Origin: Eubacteriales bacterium | GTDB taxonomy: Bacteria; Bacillota; Clostridia; Oscillospirales; CAG-272 | DNA: 64,000 bases | Direction: 5' to 3' | Assembly: GCA_051868045.1 (NCBI GenBank) | Contig: JBJDZN010000041.1 | Location: forward strand, 13,087 to 77,086 | Shown: one piece after another, positions 9,342 to 18,331 of the stretch | How positions within the stretch are numbered: position 1 is the stretch's first letter | How the letters are laid out: every line of letters starts with the position of its first letter | Position numbers and translations under genes: made by a program | The notes under the pieces: model-generated | What the model was told of the DNA's origin: nothing | Databases searched by the model: none | What the model saw: the letters and a program-made list of their open reading frames with translations, nothing else

Positions 9342-10469
9342 CTATCGGATCTTCTTTGCAATCTGCTTTTCGCAGAAGCTGCCGATCCTTGCCGCACTGT
9401 CTCTTCGGATATACCTGTGCTGGGCATTGATCATGGAACGGGCGACATCCGGTCGAAGAACCCGCTCCAATGCGGGAATCAACTCCTCAGGACGCCGTGC
9501 GGGAAGACTCATGCCCCGCTCGGCAAAAAAGGTCAGATTGCAATCCTCGCACCCGGGAATCGGGGACAGATGAATCAGCGGAACGCCCGTCACTGCCGCC
9601 TCGGTGGAGGAAAGTCCCCCGGGCTTGGTCATATAGACCGTCGCCAGATGGAGATAGTCGGGCATCCGATCCACGCTGCGGAGCAGTTGAATCTGCGAAA
9701 AGCCGCCGTACATCCCGTTCAGCCGATCATACAGGGGTTGATTGCTCCCGCAGATCACGATCAGCCGATAGTTTGAATGGGAGGTCAGCCATCCGTGCAG
9801 CAGTGCCACGTCCGCCTCCATTTCACCGGCTCCCATACTGCCTCCGGACAGAACCAGATAGTCGGGATCGGGGGACAGTCCCAGCCGCTCTGCCGCCGAC
9901 TTTTTATCCGTATCTTCGGCAAACTCCCATCGAACGGGGATGCCGAAAGGGTAAATCTTATGCCCGGGGATTCCCCGGTTCAGAAAATCGGCAGTCAGGG
10001 CGGGAGAAGGGGTGATATAGCAATCACAGTCGGTCTCCTCGGTGAAAGGGATGCAGACGTAATCGGTGGCAACGAAGACCGTCATGGGCAGACGGTAGCC
10101 CGATGCCCGCATTCCGGTGATGATCTCCGCCGGAAAAACGTGGGGCATAAAAATGGCATCCACCGGATGGCGTTCCAGATAATCCGCCAGAACCGCCGCC
10201 ATGCCCCGATTGATAAGATAGACCGGCGACTTCCAGGGGACTCTTCTGACCAGATTCCCTGCGGCATAAATTTTCCCGAACAGCTTCGGAGATCTCTGGG
10301 CGATGCCCACATACACACCGCCGATGATCTGATCCACCGATCCCGACAGCAGGGCGTAGGGATCCAGCATTGCCGTTTTCCAGCCCCGTCGGGCAAGCTC
10401 TCTTGCGATGGCGATTCCCGCCGCATTATGTCCCCCGCCGGTGGAGCAGGACAGAATCAACGCTTCCAT
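9342..10469 (-). CDS. MGDG-synthase-type glycosyltransferase (GT28; glycolipid synthase)
   Basis: N-terminal ILSCSTGGGHNAAGIAIARELARRG signature and a C-terminal GT-B half. It overlaps the plsY stop by 13 nt. Confidence 0.8.
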   Translation of the reverse strand: MEALILSCSTGGGHNAAGIAIARELARRGWKTAMLDPYALLSGSVDQIIGGVYVGIAQRSPKLFGKIYAAGNLVRRVPWKSPVYLINRGMAAVLADYLERHPVDAIFMPHVFPAEIITGMRASGYRLPMTVFVATDYVCIPFTEETDCDCYITPSPALTADFLNRGIPGHKIYPFGIPVRWEFAEDTDKKSAAERLGLSPDPDYLVLSGGSMGAGEMEADVALLHGWLTSHSNYRLIVICGSNQPLYDRLNGMYGGFSQIQLLRSVDRMPDYLHLATVYMTKPGGLSSTEAAVTGVPLIHLSPIPGCEDCNLTFFAERGMSLPARRPEELIPALERVLRPDVARSMINAQHRYIRRDSAARIGSFCEKQIAKKIR

Positions 10470-11071
10470 AACAAACTCACCCGAAATGCCTTCTTTTCCT
10501 CATGGCTGCAAAAGAGCCGTACGGTTACCGCAAAGGTGATCAGCCCGCACCCGATCAGCAGAGGGAGATCCCGTTCTGCGATAAACAGATAGACCAATAC
10601 CGACAGATAGGTGACCAGCGTCCGATAAAAGTGAGGAGAAATGCGGAGGATCACCGAATAAAACAGGAAGAAGAAAATCAGCGCAAGAAGGGGACGGTAG
10701 GCAGGCAGAAGTGCCAGAAAACAGCCAAAGGTGGTGGCAATGCCCTTCCCGCCCTTGAAATGGTTAAAAACCGGGAAAATATGTCCCAGCACCGGTGCGG
10801 CAAGCACCAATGGGAAGAGATAGGACGACCGAGCGTCGGGGACCCGGGTCAGATACAGGAGAATCGGTGCCGCACCCTTGCCCATGTCTCCGATCAGCGT
10901 CAGAATCCCGCAGAGAAAGCCGCCCTGCATGAAGGCATTTGCCGTACCGGGGTTCTCGTCCTTGGTCCCCTCAGTCACATCCCTGCCGAACAGCCCGCCG
11001 ATCACTCTGGCGAAAAGAACCGACCCGCACAGATAACCGAGGAAAATGTAAAACACCGATTTCATCGCCAA
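10457..11071 (-). CDS. plsY: glycerol-3-phosphate acyltransferase PlsY
   Basis: GTKDENPGTANAF and HIFPVFNHFKGGKGIAT motifs in a roughly 200-aa polytopic protein. TTG at 11071 has GAAAGGA 7 nt upstream; ATG at 11065 is the alternative. Confidence 0.9.
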   Translation of the reverse strand: MAMKSVFYIFLGYLCGSVLFARVIGGLFGRDVTEGTKDENPGTANAFMQGGFLCGILTLIGDMGKGAAPILLYLTRVPDARSSYLFPLVLAAPVLGHIFPVFNHFKGGKGIATTFGCFLALLPAYRPLLALIFFFLFYSVILRISPHFYRTLVTYLSVLVYLFIAERDLPLLIGCGLITFAVTVRLFCSHEEKKAFRVSLLWKR

Positions 11072-11236
11072 TACTTTATCCTTTCAATGATTTATCAAGG
11101 GTTATATCATCGGAAAACGGGAAGATTGCTGCTTTCCGTTGACCGGTACCCCATTTTACCACAATTTCCGCCGGTTGTCAAGCAACAGATTTGAAAAGAT
11201 GTCTTATAAATGGGCAAAATCCCGTGAAATTTTCGG

Positions 11237-11277
11237 AAAAAGAACGCTGAGGGGCTTTCGCTCCTCAGCGTTCTTTT
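11237..11277. terminator. bidirectional intrinsic terminator
   Basis: AAAAA-GAACGCTGAGG ggctttcgct CCTCAGCGTTC-TTTT, downstream of the rubredoxin gene. Confidence 0.7.
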
Positions 11278-11319
11278 CCTTGCGGGACTTTTTCCCTTTG
11301 GATTTATGGCTTTCAAGCC

Positions 11320-11475
11320 TTATTCGGCTTTCTCAAATGCGTCCTTGCCAAGTCCGCAGATGGGGCATTCGAAATCCTCGGGAACCTCCTCCCAAGGGGT
11401 GCCGGGAGCGATGCCGTGATCGGGATCGCCCACTTCCGGGTCATATTCATAACCACAGGGACAGATGTACTTCAT
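11320..11475 (-). CDS. rubredoxin (51 aa, below the ORF-track length cut-off)
   Basis: My translation is [51 protein letters not shown]. It has the classic GDPD..GI.PGT and CPxCG motifs, and sits 55 nt downstream of rubrerythrin. Confidence 0.85.
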   Translation of the reverse strand: MKYICPCGYEYDPEVGDPDHGIAPGTPWEEVPEDFECPICGLGKDAFEKAE

Positions 11476-11530
11476 GATCGGAAAACCTGCCTTTCGTCAG
11501 TCTTTGTTTTCAGAAGGAGTTGTCCGTGAA

Positions 11531-12079
11531 TTACTTGCCGAAGTATCTCTTCAGCAGTCCCTCGAAGGCTCTGCCATGTCTTGCCTCGTCACGTGCCATC
11601 TCGTGAACGGTATCGTGAATGGCATCCAGATTCAGTGCCTTTGCACGCTTTGCAAGATCAACCTTTCCCTCGGTTGCGCCATGCTCGGCGTCCACTCTCA
11701 TCTGAAGGTTCTTCTCGGTGGAATCGGTAACAACCTCGCCCAGAAGCTCAGCAAACTTTGCAGCATGCTCTGCCTCTTCATAGGCTGCCTTCTCCCAGTA
11801 GAGACCGATTTCGGGATAACCCTCACGGTGAGCCACTCTTGCCATTGCCAGGTACATGCCGACCTCGGAGCATTCGCCGTTGAAGTTGGCGCGCAGATCC
11901 TCCAGAATATCCTCGGGAACACCCTTTGCAACGCCGACAACATGCTCAGCTGCCCAAACCTTCTCGCCTGCCTCCTGCTTTACCATCGGCTTGCCGCAGA
12001 TAGGGCATACCGTGGGAGCGGGCTGACCGTCCGGAACCTCTTCAACATAACCGCATACGGGACATACATATTTTGCCAT
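11531..12079 (-). CDS. rbr: reverse rubrerythrin (N-terminal rubredoxin-like CxxC..CxxC, C-terminal diiron four-helix bundle)
   Basis: [11 protein letters not shown]...VCPICGKP is followed by ExxH-type ferritin-like helices ([18 protein letters not shown]). ATG 12079 has GAGGTG 7 nt upstream; the track's GTG at 12088 would overlap that RBS. Confidence 0.9.
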   Translation of the reverse strand: MAKYVCPVCGYVEEVPDGQPAPTVCPICGKPMVKQEAGEKVWAAEHVVGVAKGVPEDILEDLRANFNGECSEVGMYLAMARVAHREGYPEIGLYWEKAAYEEAEHAAKFAELLGEVVTDSTEKNLQMRVDAEHGATEGKVDLAKRAKALNLDAIHDTVHEMARDEARHGRAFEGLLKRYFGK

Positions 12080-12231
12080 TTGAATCACCTCATAATTTAT
12101 TTGATACCCCTATTATACTCTCTCCTTGTGGCAAAATCAAGTCTAATTTGTGAACATTTAAGACCAAGTCCTAAAAATATTCCCTTGCGATGAAAAAAGC
12201 GAAAATGTGGACAGAAATTTCCATCATAGTC

Positions 12232-12260
12232 TTGAATTGTTAAAAAATTCGGGCTATAAT
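12232..12260 (+). promoter_or_regulatory. sigma-70-like promoter candidate
   Basis: TTGAAT at 12232-12237, 17-nt spacer, TATAAT at 12255-12260. Confidence 0.45.
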
Positions 12261-12285
12261 AGGGGTAACGAACACATATGGAGGT

Positions 12286-13443
12286 ATGACTATGACCAAC
12301 GATACAAACGGTTCCGGCATTGACAATGTCTACAAGCCCAAAAAGACGCCGCTGCTGATCGGCGTAATTCTGCTGGTTCTGGTGGTAATCATCATCGGAC
12401 TGACCGCCTTTCTGCTGCTTCGCGGAGAGGGAGACGAGCCCCTGCCGGTCGATAAGACGACCACTCAGAGTGCAAATACGAGTGCGGGCAACACACCGGT
12501 TATCAGCGATCCGACGGCGACGACAGATGTTTCCACCACGCCTACCCCATCGGGTACCCAGGACGTTCCCTCCACGGGAGCTGCGACCACGCCTGCCGAA
12601 TCAAAACCCACTGAGCCTGCCATCACAACCACTACCCGCCGCTATGATCAGTCTGACCCCGTCGCCATTACGGTTGAAGCCACCGTCACCGATATGTTCC
12701 GCGGCAGTCTGGTTCTGATTGACGAAAACCACCGCTACAACATTTCGGTCGAAAAGCTGATCGGCAGAACCGAGATGAATGGTCTCAGCAGCAGCACCCT
12801 GATGTCCGAATACGGTTTTGTCAAAGTCGCCAGCAGTCCCTATTACACCCGGAAAAGCACCACGCTGTTCCTGAATGCAGAAGCCAATACCGAGTTTGTC
12901 AACATGATGAACGCCTTTGCCGCAGAGACCGGCAACACCGACGTTCAGCTTCGCAACGCCTACTATTACGACAAGGACGAGCAGGTCAGCTACAACTGCA
13001 CCGGTCTGTATGTGGATCTGGAGATTCACAAGGAAGAGGGACTTTATCCCCTGAACTACGAGACCTTCCGTTCGGATTACTACGACTGGTTCATCGACAA
13101 CTGCTACCGTTTCGGTTTTATCCATATGTGGGAAATCAAATCCTCCTCCGGACAGGATCAGTACTCCACCTTCCGTTATGTGGGGATTCCTCATGCCACC
13201 TATATGCACTATAATAACATAGGGGACCTGGAGGATTATCTGGAGATTCTGAAGACCCATCCCATCGAGAAGGTACTGACCATCACCGATGACGACGACG
13301 TGGCATGGCAGGTTTACTACGTTCCCGCCACCGCAGGAACCACCGAGATTGTCCTGACCGGAACCCCCAATTCCTACACCATCTCGGGCAACAATACCGA
13401 CGGTTACATCGTAACCATCAACACCGCTTATTTCAGCAGATAA
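12286..13443 (+). CDS. membrane-anchored VanY/M15B-like domain protein, probably catalytically degenerate
   Basis: N-terminal TM segment, then a Thr/Pro-rich linker. The C-terminal TGLYVDLE, DWFIDNCYRFGFI and FRYVGIPHATYM resemble VanY blocks, but both expected His ligands are replaced. Confidence 0.6.
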   Translation: MTMTNDTNGSGIDNVYKPKKTPLLIGVILLVLVVIIIGLTAFLLLRGEGDEPLPVDKTTTQSANTSAGNTPVISDPTATTDVSTTPTPSGTQDVPSTGAATTPAESKPTEPAITTTTRRYDQSDPVAITVEATVTDMFRGSLVLIDENHRYNISVEKLIGRTEMNGLSSSTLMSEYGFVKVASSPYYTRKSTTLFLNAEANTEFVNMMNAFAAETGNTDVQLRNAYYYDKDEQVSYNCTGLYVDLEIHKEEGLYPLNYETFRSDYYDWFIDNCYRFGFIHMWEIKSSSGQDQYSTFRYVGIPHATYMHYNNIGDLEDYLEILKTHPIEKVLTITDDDDVAWQVYYVPATAGTTEIVLTGTPNSYTISGNNTDGYIVTINTAYFSR

Positions 13444-13460
13444 AAAATATATTGATTTAT

Positions 13461-13495
13461 CCGGGGAAAACTTTTTTGAAAAAAGTTTTCCCCGG
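13461..13495. terminator. perfect palindromic hairpin (same family as 3604 and 21257)
   Basis: CCGGGGAAAACTTTTTT ga AAAAAGTTTTCCCCGG. Confidence 0.6.
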
Positions 13496-13607
13496 ACCCT
13501 TTTCAAAAAACTTATAAAAAAAAGAATTGTTCCTGCGGAAAAGACCGGTCAAATGGCGGTCATTCCGACGTTTTTTCAAAAAAATCCGACTTTTTTTCTT
13601 TCTCCTC

Positions 13608-13636
13608 TTGACAAAGCCATCTGTCTGTGCTAAAAT
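13608..13636 (+). promoter_or_regulatory. sigma-70-like promoter candidate for the aromatic operon
   Basis: TTGACA at 13608-13613, 17-nt spacer ending in TGC, TAAAAT at 13631-13636. Confidence 0.5.
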
Positions 13637-13683
13637 GAGGAAAAATGTACAGAATCGACGGGCAAAGCCATGAAACAGTATTT

Positions 13684-13808
13684 TGCAGCTGCATATTCCT
13701 ACTATTATTTCTATTCTGCGAAATAATAGTGTTTTGTGCTGCACTTTTTTGTGAAATGTCCGTCTGTAACCCCGCAGATGACTCCGCAGCACCGGCTGCG
13801 GTTTTTTT
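13684..13808 (+). promoter_or_regulatory. leader with two tandem terminator-like hairpins (candidate attenuator)
   Basis: Hairpin 1 is TGCAGC...CTATTATTT/AAATAATAG...GCTGCA followed by T6 (13684-13750). Hairpin 2 is CCGCAGC accg GCTGCGG followed by T7 (13784-13808). A second CCGCAG copy at 13772-13777 could form an alternative pairing. Confidence 0.45.
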
Positions 13809-13832
13809 ATTGGAAAAGGAAGGAGCATCCCT

Positions 13833-14663
13833 ATGACTATCGGAATTGTCGGGCTGGGACTGATCGGAGGATCGCTGGCAAAAGCCTACAAGGAGGCAGG
13901 ACACACGGTCTATGCCTGCAACCGCACCCATTCTACGCTGGAGGTCGCCATTGCCGCCGGCGTGGTGGACGAGGAACTGACCCCCGAGTCAATCGAAAAG
14001 TGTGAATTCATCCACCTGACCCTCTATCCCGATGCCTGCATCGCCTGGCTTCGGGAAAATGCCTCTCACATTGCGAAAACCTCCGTCGTGCTGGACGACT
14101 GCGGCACCAAGCGTAAGATCTGCGCCGCCTGCTTTGAAATCGCCCGCCGGTACGGCTTTACCTTTGTCGGCGGACATCCCATGGCAGGAACCCATTTTTC
14201 GGGCTTCCGTTACAGCCGTGCCACCATGTTCAGCGGCGCATCCATGATTCTGGTTCCCGAAAATCAGACCGATTTTCTGCTGATCGAGCGGGTCACCGCC
14301 TCGCTGGAGCCCCTTCATCTGAAAAAGGTGGTCACCACCGATCCGGAAAATCACGACCGCATGATCGCCTACACCTCCCAGCTTGCCCATGTGGTGTCCT
14401 CTGCCTATATCAAATCGCCCTCCGCCCAACGGCACAAGGGGTACAGTGCCGGCTCCTTCCGTGACCTGACCCGTGTGGCATGGCTCAACGAGAAGATGTG
14501 GACCGAGCTGTTCCTGGAAAACGGCGATTTTCTGGCAGATGAGATTGATCTGATCATCAAGAATCTCAGCGAATATTCGGAATCCATCCGTCAGGGCGAC
14601 GCCGAACGGCTGGAGGCACTGCTCCGGGACGGACGGATTGCCAAGGAAAAGTCGGAGTCGTAA
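13833..14663 (+). CDS. tyrA: prephenate dehydrogenase
   Basis: N-terminal Rossmann IGIVGLGLIGGSLA, plus GGHPMAG and HDRMIAYTSQLAH motifs. AAGGAAGGAG RBS. Confidence 0.9.
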   Translation: MTIGIVGLGLIGGSLAKAYKEAGHTVYACNRTHSTLEVAIAAGVVDEELTPESIEKCEFIHLTLYPDACIAWLRENASHIAKTSVVLDDCGTKRKICAACFEIARRYGFTFVGGHPMAGTHFSGFRYSRATMFSGASMILVPENQTDFLLIERVTASLEPLHLKKVVTTDPENHDRMIAYTSQLAHVVSSAYIKSPSAQRHKGYSAGSFRDLTRVAWLNEKMWTELFLENGDFLADEIDLIIKNLSEYSESIRQGDAERLEALLRDGRIAKEKSES

Positions 14664-14768
14664 GCCTTTGGACAAGAAAAGTCACAAAAGCAACCTCCCT
14701 TTGTGCGGTCAATTCTGCCCGGACGAGCATTCCGTTCCCGCCTATTCTCCGAAAACAAGAAAGGATTC

Positions 14769-15827
14769 ATGACATATATGCTCAAAATACCGGTTCACGC
14801 ATCGAAAAACTATGATATTCTCATCGAAAAGGGGCTGTTTAACCAAGTGGGCGAGTTGATCGCCCCCTTCGTGGGACATTCCCGCCTTGCCATCCTGACC
14901 GATGACACGGTGGACGCTCTTTACGGCGAAAAACTGCTTGCCGATCTGATCGGAGCAGGCTATTCAACCGTGAAATACGTGATCCCCCACGGAGAGGCGT
15001 CCAAATGCCCTGAAAAACTCTTTGATTTTCTGAATTTTCTCGCCGAAAACCGTCTGACCCGCTCCGATCTGCTGATCGCCCTCGGCGGCGGCGTGGTGGG
15101 CGATCTCTGCGGCTTTGCGGCATCCATTTTCCTGCGCGGCGTCCGCTTTATTCAGATTCCCACCACCCTGCTTGCCGCCGTGGATTCGTCTGTTGGCGGC
15201 AAAACCGCCGTGGACATCCCTGCCGGAAAGAATCTGGTGGGCTCCTTCTGGCAGCCCGAGCTGGTGATCTGCGATCCCGATCTGCTGAAAACCCTGCCCC
15301 ATGACATCTTCCGGGACGGCTGCGCAGAAGTGATCAAATACGGCGTCATTCTTGACAGAGCCTTCTACGATCGGCTGAGATCGCCCGTCTGGACAGACCC
15401 GGACGCTGTCATCGGACGCTGTGTGGAGATCAAGCGGGATGTCGTGGAAAAGGACGAGCGGGACAGAGGACTCCGGGGACTGCTGAACTACGGTCACACC
15501 CTGGGTCACGGAATCGAAAAATATTCAAACTTCACCGTCTCCCACGGCTCTGCCGTTGCCGTCGGCATGGTACTGGCGGCAAAGGCGGCGGTGCATCTGG
15601 GCATGACCGACCTTCAAACGGCGGATGACATCGAGACGGTGATCCGCTCCTACGGCTTTGAGACTACCTGTCCCTACACCGCCGAACAGCTTTACGATGC
15701 CGCCCTGTCCGACAAAAAGCGCAGTGGCGACTCCATCACGCTGGTTCTGCCCAAAGAAATCGGGGCGTGCATCCTGCACAAGATCCCCTGTACCGAACTT
15801 CTGCCCATCTTACGGGCAATTCTGTAA
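14769..15827 (+). CDS. aroB: 3-dehydroquinate synthase
   Basis: LIALGGGVVGDLCGFAA, GGKTAVD and NYGHTLGHGIE motifs. The start is ambiguous between ATG 14769 and ATG 14778; the track's 14703 start is unlikely. Confidence 0.9.
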   Translation: MTYMLKIPVHASKNYDILIEKGLFNQVGELIAPFVGHSRLAILTDDTVDALYGEKLLADLIGAGYSTVKYVIPHGEASKCPEKLFDFLNFLAENRLTRSDLLIALGGGVVGDLCGFAASIFLRGVRFIQIPTTLLAAVDSSVGGKTAVDIPAGKNLVGSFWQPELVICDPDLLKTLPHDIFRDGCAEVIKYGVILDRAFYDRLRSPVWTDPDAVIGRCVEIKRDVVEKDERDRGLRGLLNYGHTLGHGIEKYSNFTVSHGSAVAVGMVLAAKAAVHLGMTDLQTADDIETVIRSYGFETTCPYTAEQLYDAALSDKKRSGDSITLVLPKEIGACILHKIPCTELLPILRAIL

Positions 15828-15871
15828 TCCCAATTCGGGATATTTTCGAAAATTTCCATCAAGGAGGCAGT

Positions 15872-17140
15872 ATGACCCTGACTCTATCCCCCTCGACGCT
15901 GTCGGGTATCATTCCGGCACCCGTGTCCAAATCCGCCGCCCATCGGCTGCTGATCTGCGCCGCCCTGTCGGACGCCCCCACCGAAATTCACTGCGAGGGA
16001 ACCAATGCCGACATTGACGCTACGATCTCGTGCCTGACTGCCCTGGGGGCAAAAATCACCCGCAACGGCAGTCGGCTGAACATCATTCCCATTTCCATAA
16101 CCGAACCCACCCGCTTCGGAACGCTTGACTGCGGCGAGTCCGGCTCCACCGAGCGTTTTCTCCTTCCCGTTGCCTGTGCGCTGGGTTCGGATGCCACGCT
16201 GATCGGGCATGGCAGACTTCCCGACCGTCCCCTGTCCCCCCTGTACGAGGTCATGGCGGAGCATGGGGCAAAGCTGACCGAAAACGGCAAGCTTCCCCTG
16301 TTTGTGGGAGGAAAACTGACTCCCGGTGACTATGAGATCGACGGAGGCGTATCCTCCCAGTTCATCAGCGGTCTGCTGTTTGCCCTTTCCCTTTTGGGCG
16401 ATCCGTCCGAAATTCAGGTCACGGGCAAAATCGAATCCGCCCACTATATCGGCATGACCGTGTCTGCCCTTCGCACCTTCGGAGTCGATGTCCGGGTGGA
16501 GGGGAACCGTTATCGCATCCCTGCGGGATCGGGCTATCATTCTCCCGGTTTTTGTACCGTAGAGGGAGACTGGTCCTCTGCCGCCTTCCTGCTTGCCGCA
16601 GGAGCGGTGGGAAAAGCTCCCGTCACCTGCTCGGGACTTGACCCTGACAGCCTTCAGGGAGACAAGGAGGTCTTCCCCATCCTCGCCCGATTCGGGGCAG
16701 CTTGCCGGCAGGACGGTGACCGATTCACCGTGGCTCCCGGAAATCTGCGGGGCATCGTGGTGGACGGCAAGCACATTCCCGACTTGATCCCCATCCTGTC
16801 GGTGGTCGCCGCCTATGCAGAGGGGGACACGGTGTTCGAAAACATCGCCCGTCTGCGAATCAAGGAGAGCGATCGGGTCCGGACGGTTCAGGAGCTGCTC
16901 TCTGCCATGGGCATCGCCACCGACGCAACGGAAAACCGCCTGATCGTCCACGGAGGACGACCCGTCGGCGGGCGGATGGATTCCCACAACGACCATCGGA
17001 TTGCCATGTCCGCCGCCATTGCCGCCTCTGCGGCAGAGGGGGACTCAACCTTGGCAGGTGCCGAAGCCGTGAGAAAATCCTATCCCCGCTTTTTCGAAGA
17101 TTATGCCGCCCTCGGCGGGAAGGTAACTTCGGTTCAGTGA
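15872..17140 (+). CDS. aroA: 3-phosphoshikimate 1-carboxyvinyltransferase (EPSP synthase)
   Basis: ATG 15872 follows AAGGAGG. PVSKSAAHRLLICAAL, a DCGESGST-like block, LRIKESDR and HNDHRIAMS motifs. Confidence 0.93.
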   Translation: MTLTLSPSTLSGIIPAPVSKSAAHRLLICAALSDAPTEIHCEGTNADIDATISCLTALGAKITRNGSRLNIIPISITEPTRFGTLDCGESGSTERFLLPVACALGSDATLIGHGRLPDRPLSPLYEVMAEHGAKLTENGKLPLFVGGKLTPGDYEIDGGVSSQFISGLLFALSLLGDPSEIQVTGKIESAHYIGMTVSALRTFGVDVRVEGNRYRIPAGSGYHSPGFCTVEGDWSSAAFLLAAGAVGKAPVTCSGLDPDSLQGDKEVFPILARFGAACRQDGDRFTVAPGNLRGIVVDGKHIPDLIPILSVVAAYAEGDTVFENIARLRIKESDRVRTVQELLSAMGIATDATENRLIVHGGRPVGGRMDSHNDHRIAMSAAIAASAAEGDSTLAGAEAVRKSYPRFFEDYAALGGKVTSVQ

Positions 17141-17213
17141 CGGATTGTGACCGTCAAAGACGGTCTTCATAAAATTTTCAGTTTCAAAATAAATTCCGAA
17201 AGGGGTTCCCATC

Positions 17214-18287
17214 ATGTCATCCATGTTCGGAAACAAAATTCACATATCGGTCTTCGGTCAGTCCCACAGCGAGGGGATCGGCGTGGTCATAGACGGACTT
17301 CCCGCAGGGGAGCCGGTGGACACCGACCGGCTTGCCGCTTTCCTTGCCCGCCGTGCGCCGGGTCAGGGGGCATATGCCACCTCCCGCAAGGAGGCGGACA
17401 TTCCCGAAATTCTCTGCGGACTGCTGGACTCCCGCACCTGCGGTGCCCCTCTTGCCGCTATCATCCGCAACACCAATACCCGCTCCCGGGACTATGACAA
17501 ACTGCGGGACATTCCCCGCCCCTCCCATGCCGACTATGCCGCAAATCTGCGGTATGGCGGCTTTCAGGATGTCCGGGGCGGCGGTCACTTCTCGGGCAGA
17601 CTGACCGCTCCCCTCTGCGTGGCAGGCGGTATCTGCAAGCAGATTCTGGAACGAAAGGGGGTCTATATCGGCGCCCACATTGCCGCCATCGGATCGGTGT
17701 CCGACACCCCCTACAACCCCATGACCCTGACTCCTGCCGATCTTGCGGCATCGGACAAACCCTTTCCCGTCCTTGACCCTGCGGCAGAGGAACAGATGCT
17801 TTCTCTGATCGCCGAGTGCAAAAAGGCGGGGGACAGCATCGGCGGCATCGTGGAGTGCGGCGTGGTCGGCTTCCCTGCCGGCATCGGCGACCCCATGTTT
17901 GACGGCATCGAGAACCGTCTTGCCGCCGCCCTCTTCGGCATTCCCGCCGTCAAGGGGCTGGAGTTCGGCGAAGGCTTTGCCGTAGCAAGAATGCGGGGAT
18001 CGGAAAACAACGACCCCTACCGTATCGTAGACGGAAAAGTAGTCACTGCCACCAATCACGCCGGCGGCATTACCGGCGGCATTTCCACCGGAATGCCCAT
18101 TCTCTTCCGTTCTGCCGTCAAGCCTACCCCCTCCATTGCGGCAGTGCAGGACAGTGTGTCTCTGTCCGCCATGGAGAACACGAAACTTCAGATCGTCGGG
18201 CGGCATGATCCCTGTATCGTTCCCAGAGCCGTCCCCGTCTTTGAGGCAGTCGCGGCGATCGTTCTGCTGGATATGCTGATGGGATAA
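17214..18287 (+). CDS. aroC: chorismate synthase
   Basis: FGQSHSEGIGVVIDGLPAG, RPSHADY and GRHDPCIVPRAVPV motifs. Confidence 0.93.
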   Translation: MSSMFGNKIHISVFGQSHSEGIGVVIDGLPAGEPVDTDRLAAFLARRAPGQGAYATSRKEADIPEILCGLLDSRTCGAPLAAIIRNTNTRSRDYDKLRDIPRPSHADYAANLRYGGFQDVRGGGHFSGRLTAPLCVAGGICKQILERKGVYIGAHIAAIGSVSDTPYNPMTLTPADLAASDKPFPVLDPAAEEQMLSLIAECKKAGDSIGGIVECGVVGFPAGIGDPMFDGIENRLAAALFGIPAVKGLEFGEGFAVARMRGSENNDPYRIVDGKVVTATNHAGGITGGISTGMPILFRSAVKPTPSIAAVQDSVSLSAMENTKLQIVGRHDPCIVPRAVPVFEAVAAIVLLDMLMG

Positions 18288-18331
18288 TTCCCCCGAAATC
18301 CCGAAATCTCACCCGAAAGGAAGAAAATTTC

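Noticed and set aside
13645-13836. 63-aa Phe-rich ORF in the aromatic operon leader as an attenuation leader peptide
   Set aside because: It has no RBS, it runs through both terminator hairpins into the tyrA start, and it is much longer than known leader peptides. Its Phe richness reflects the T-rich hairpin arms. I cannot fully exclude a shorter peptide.
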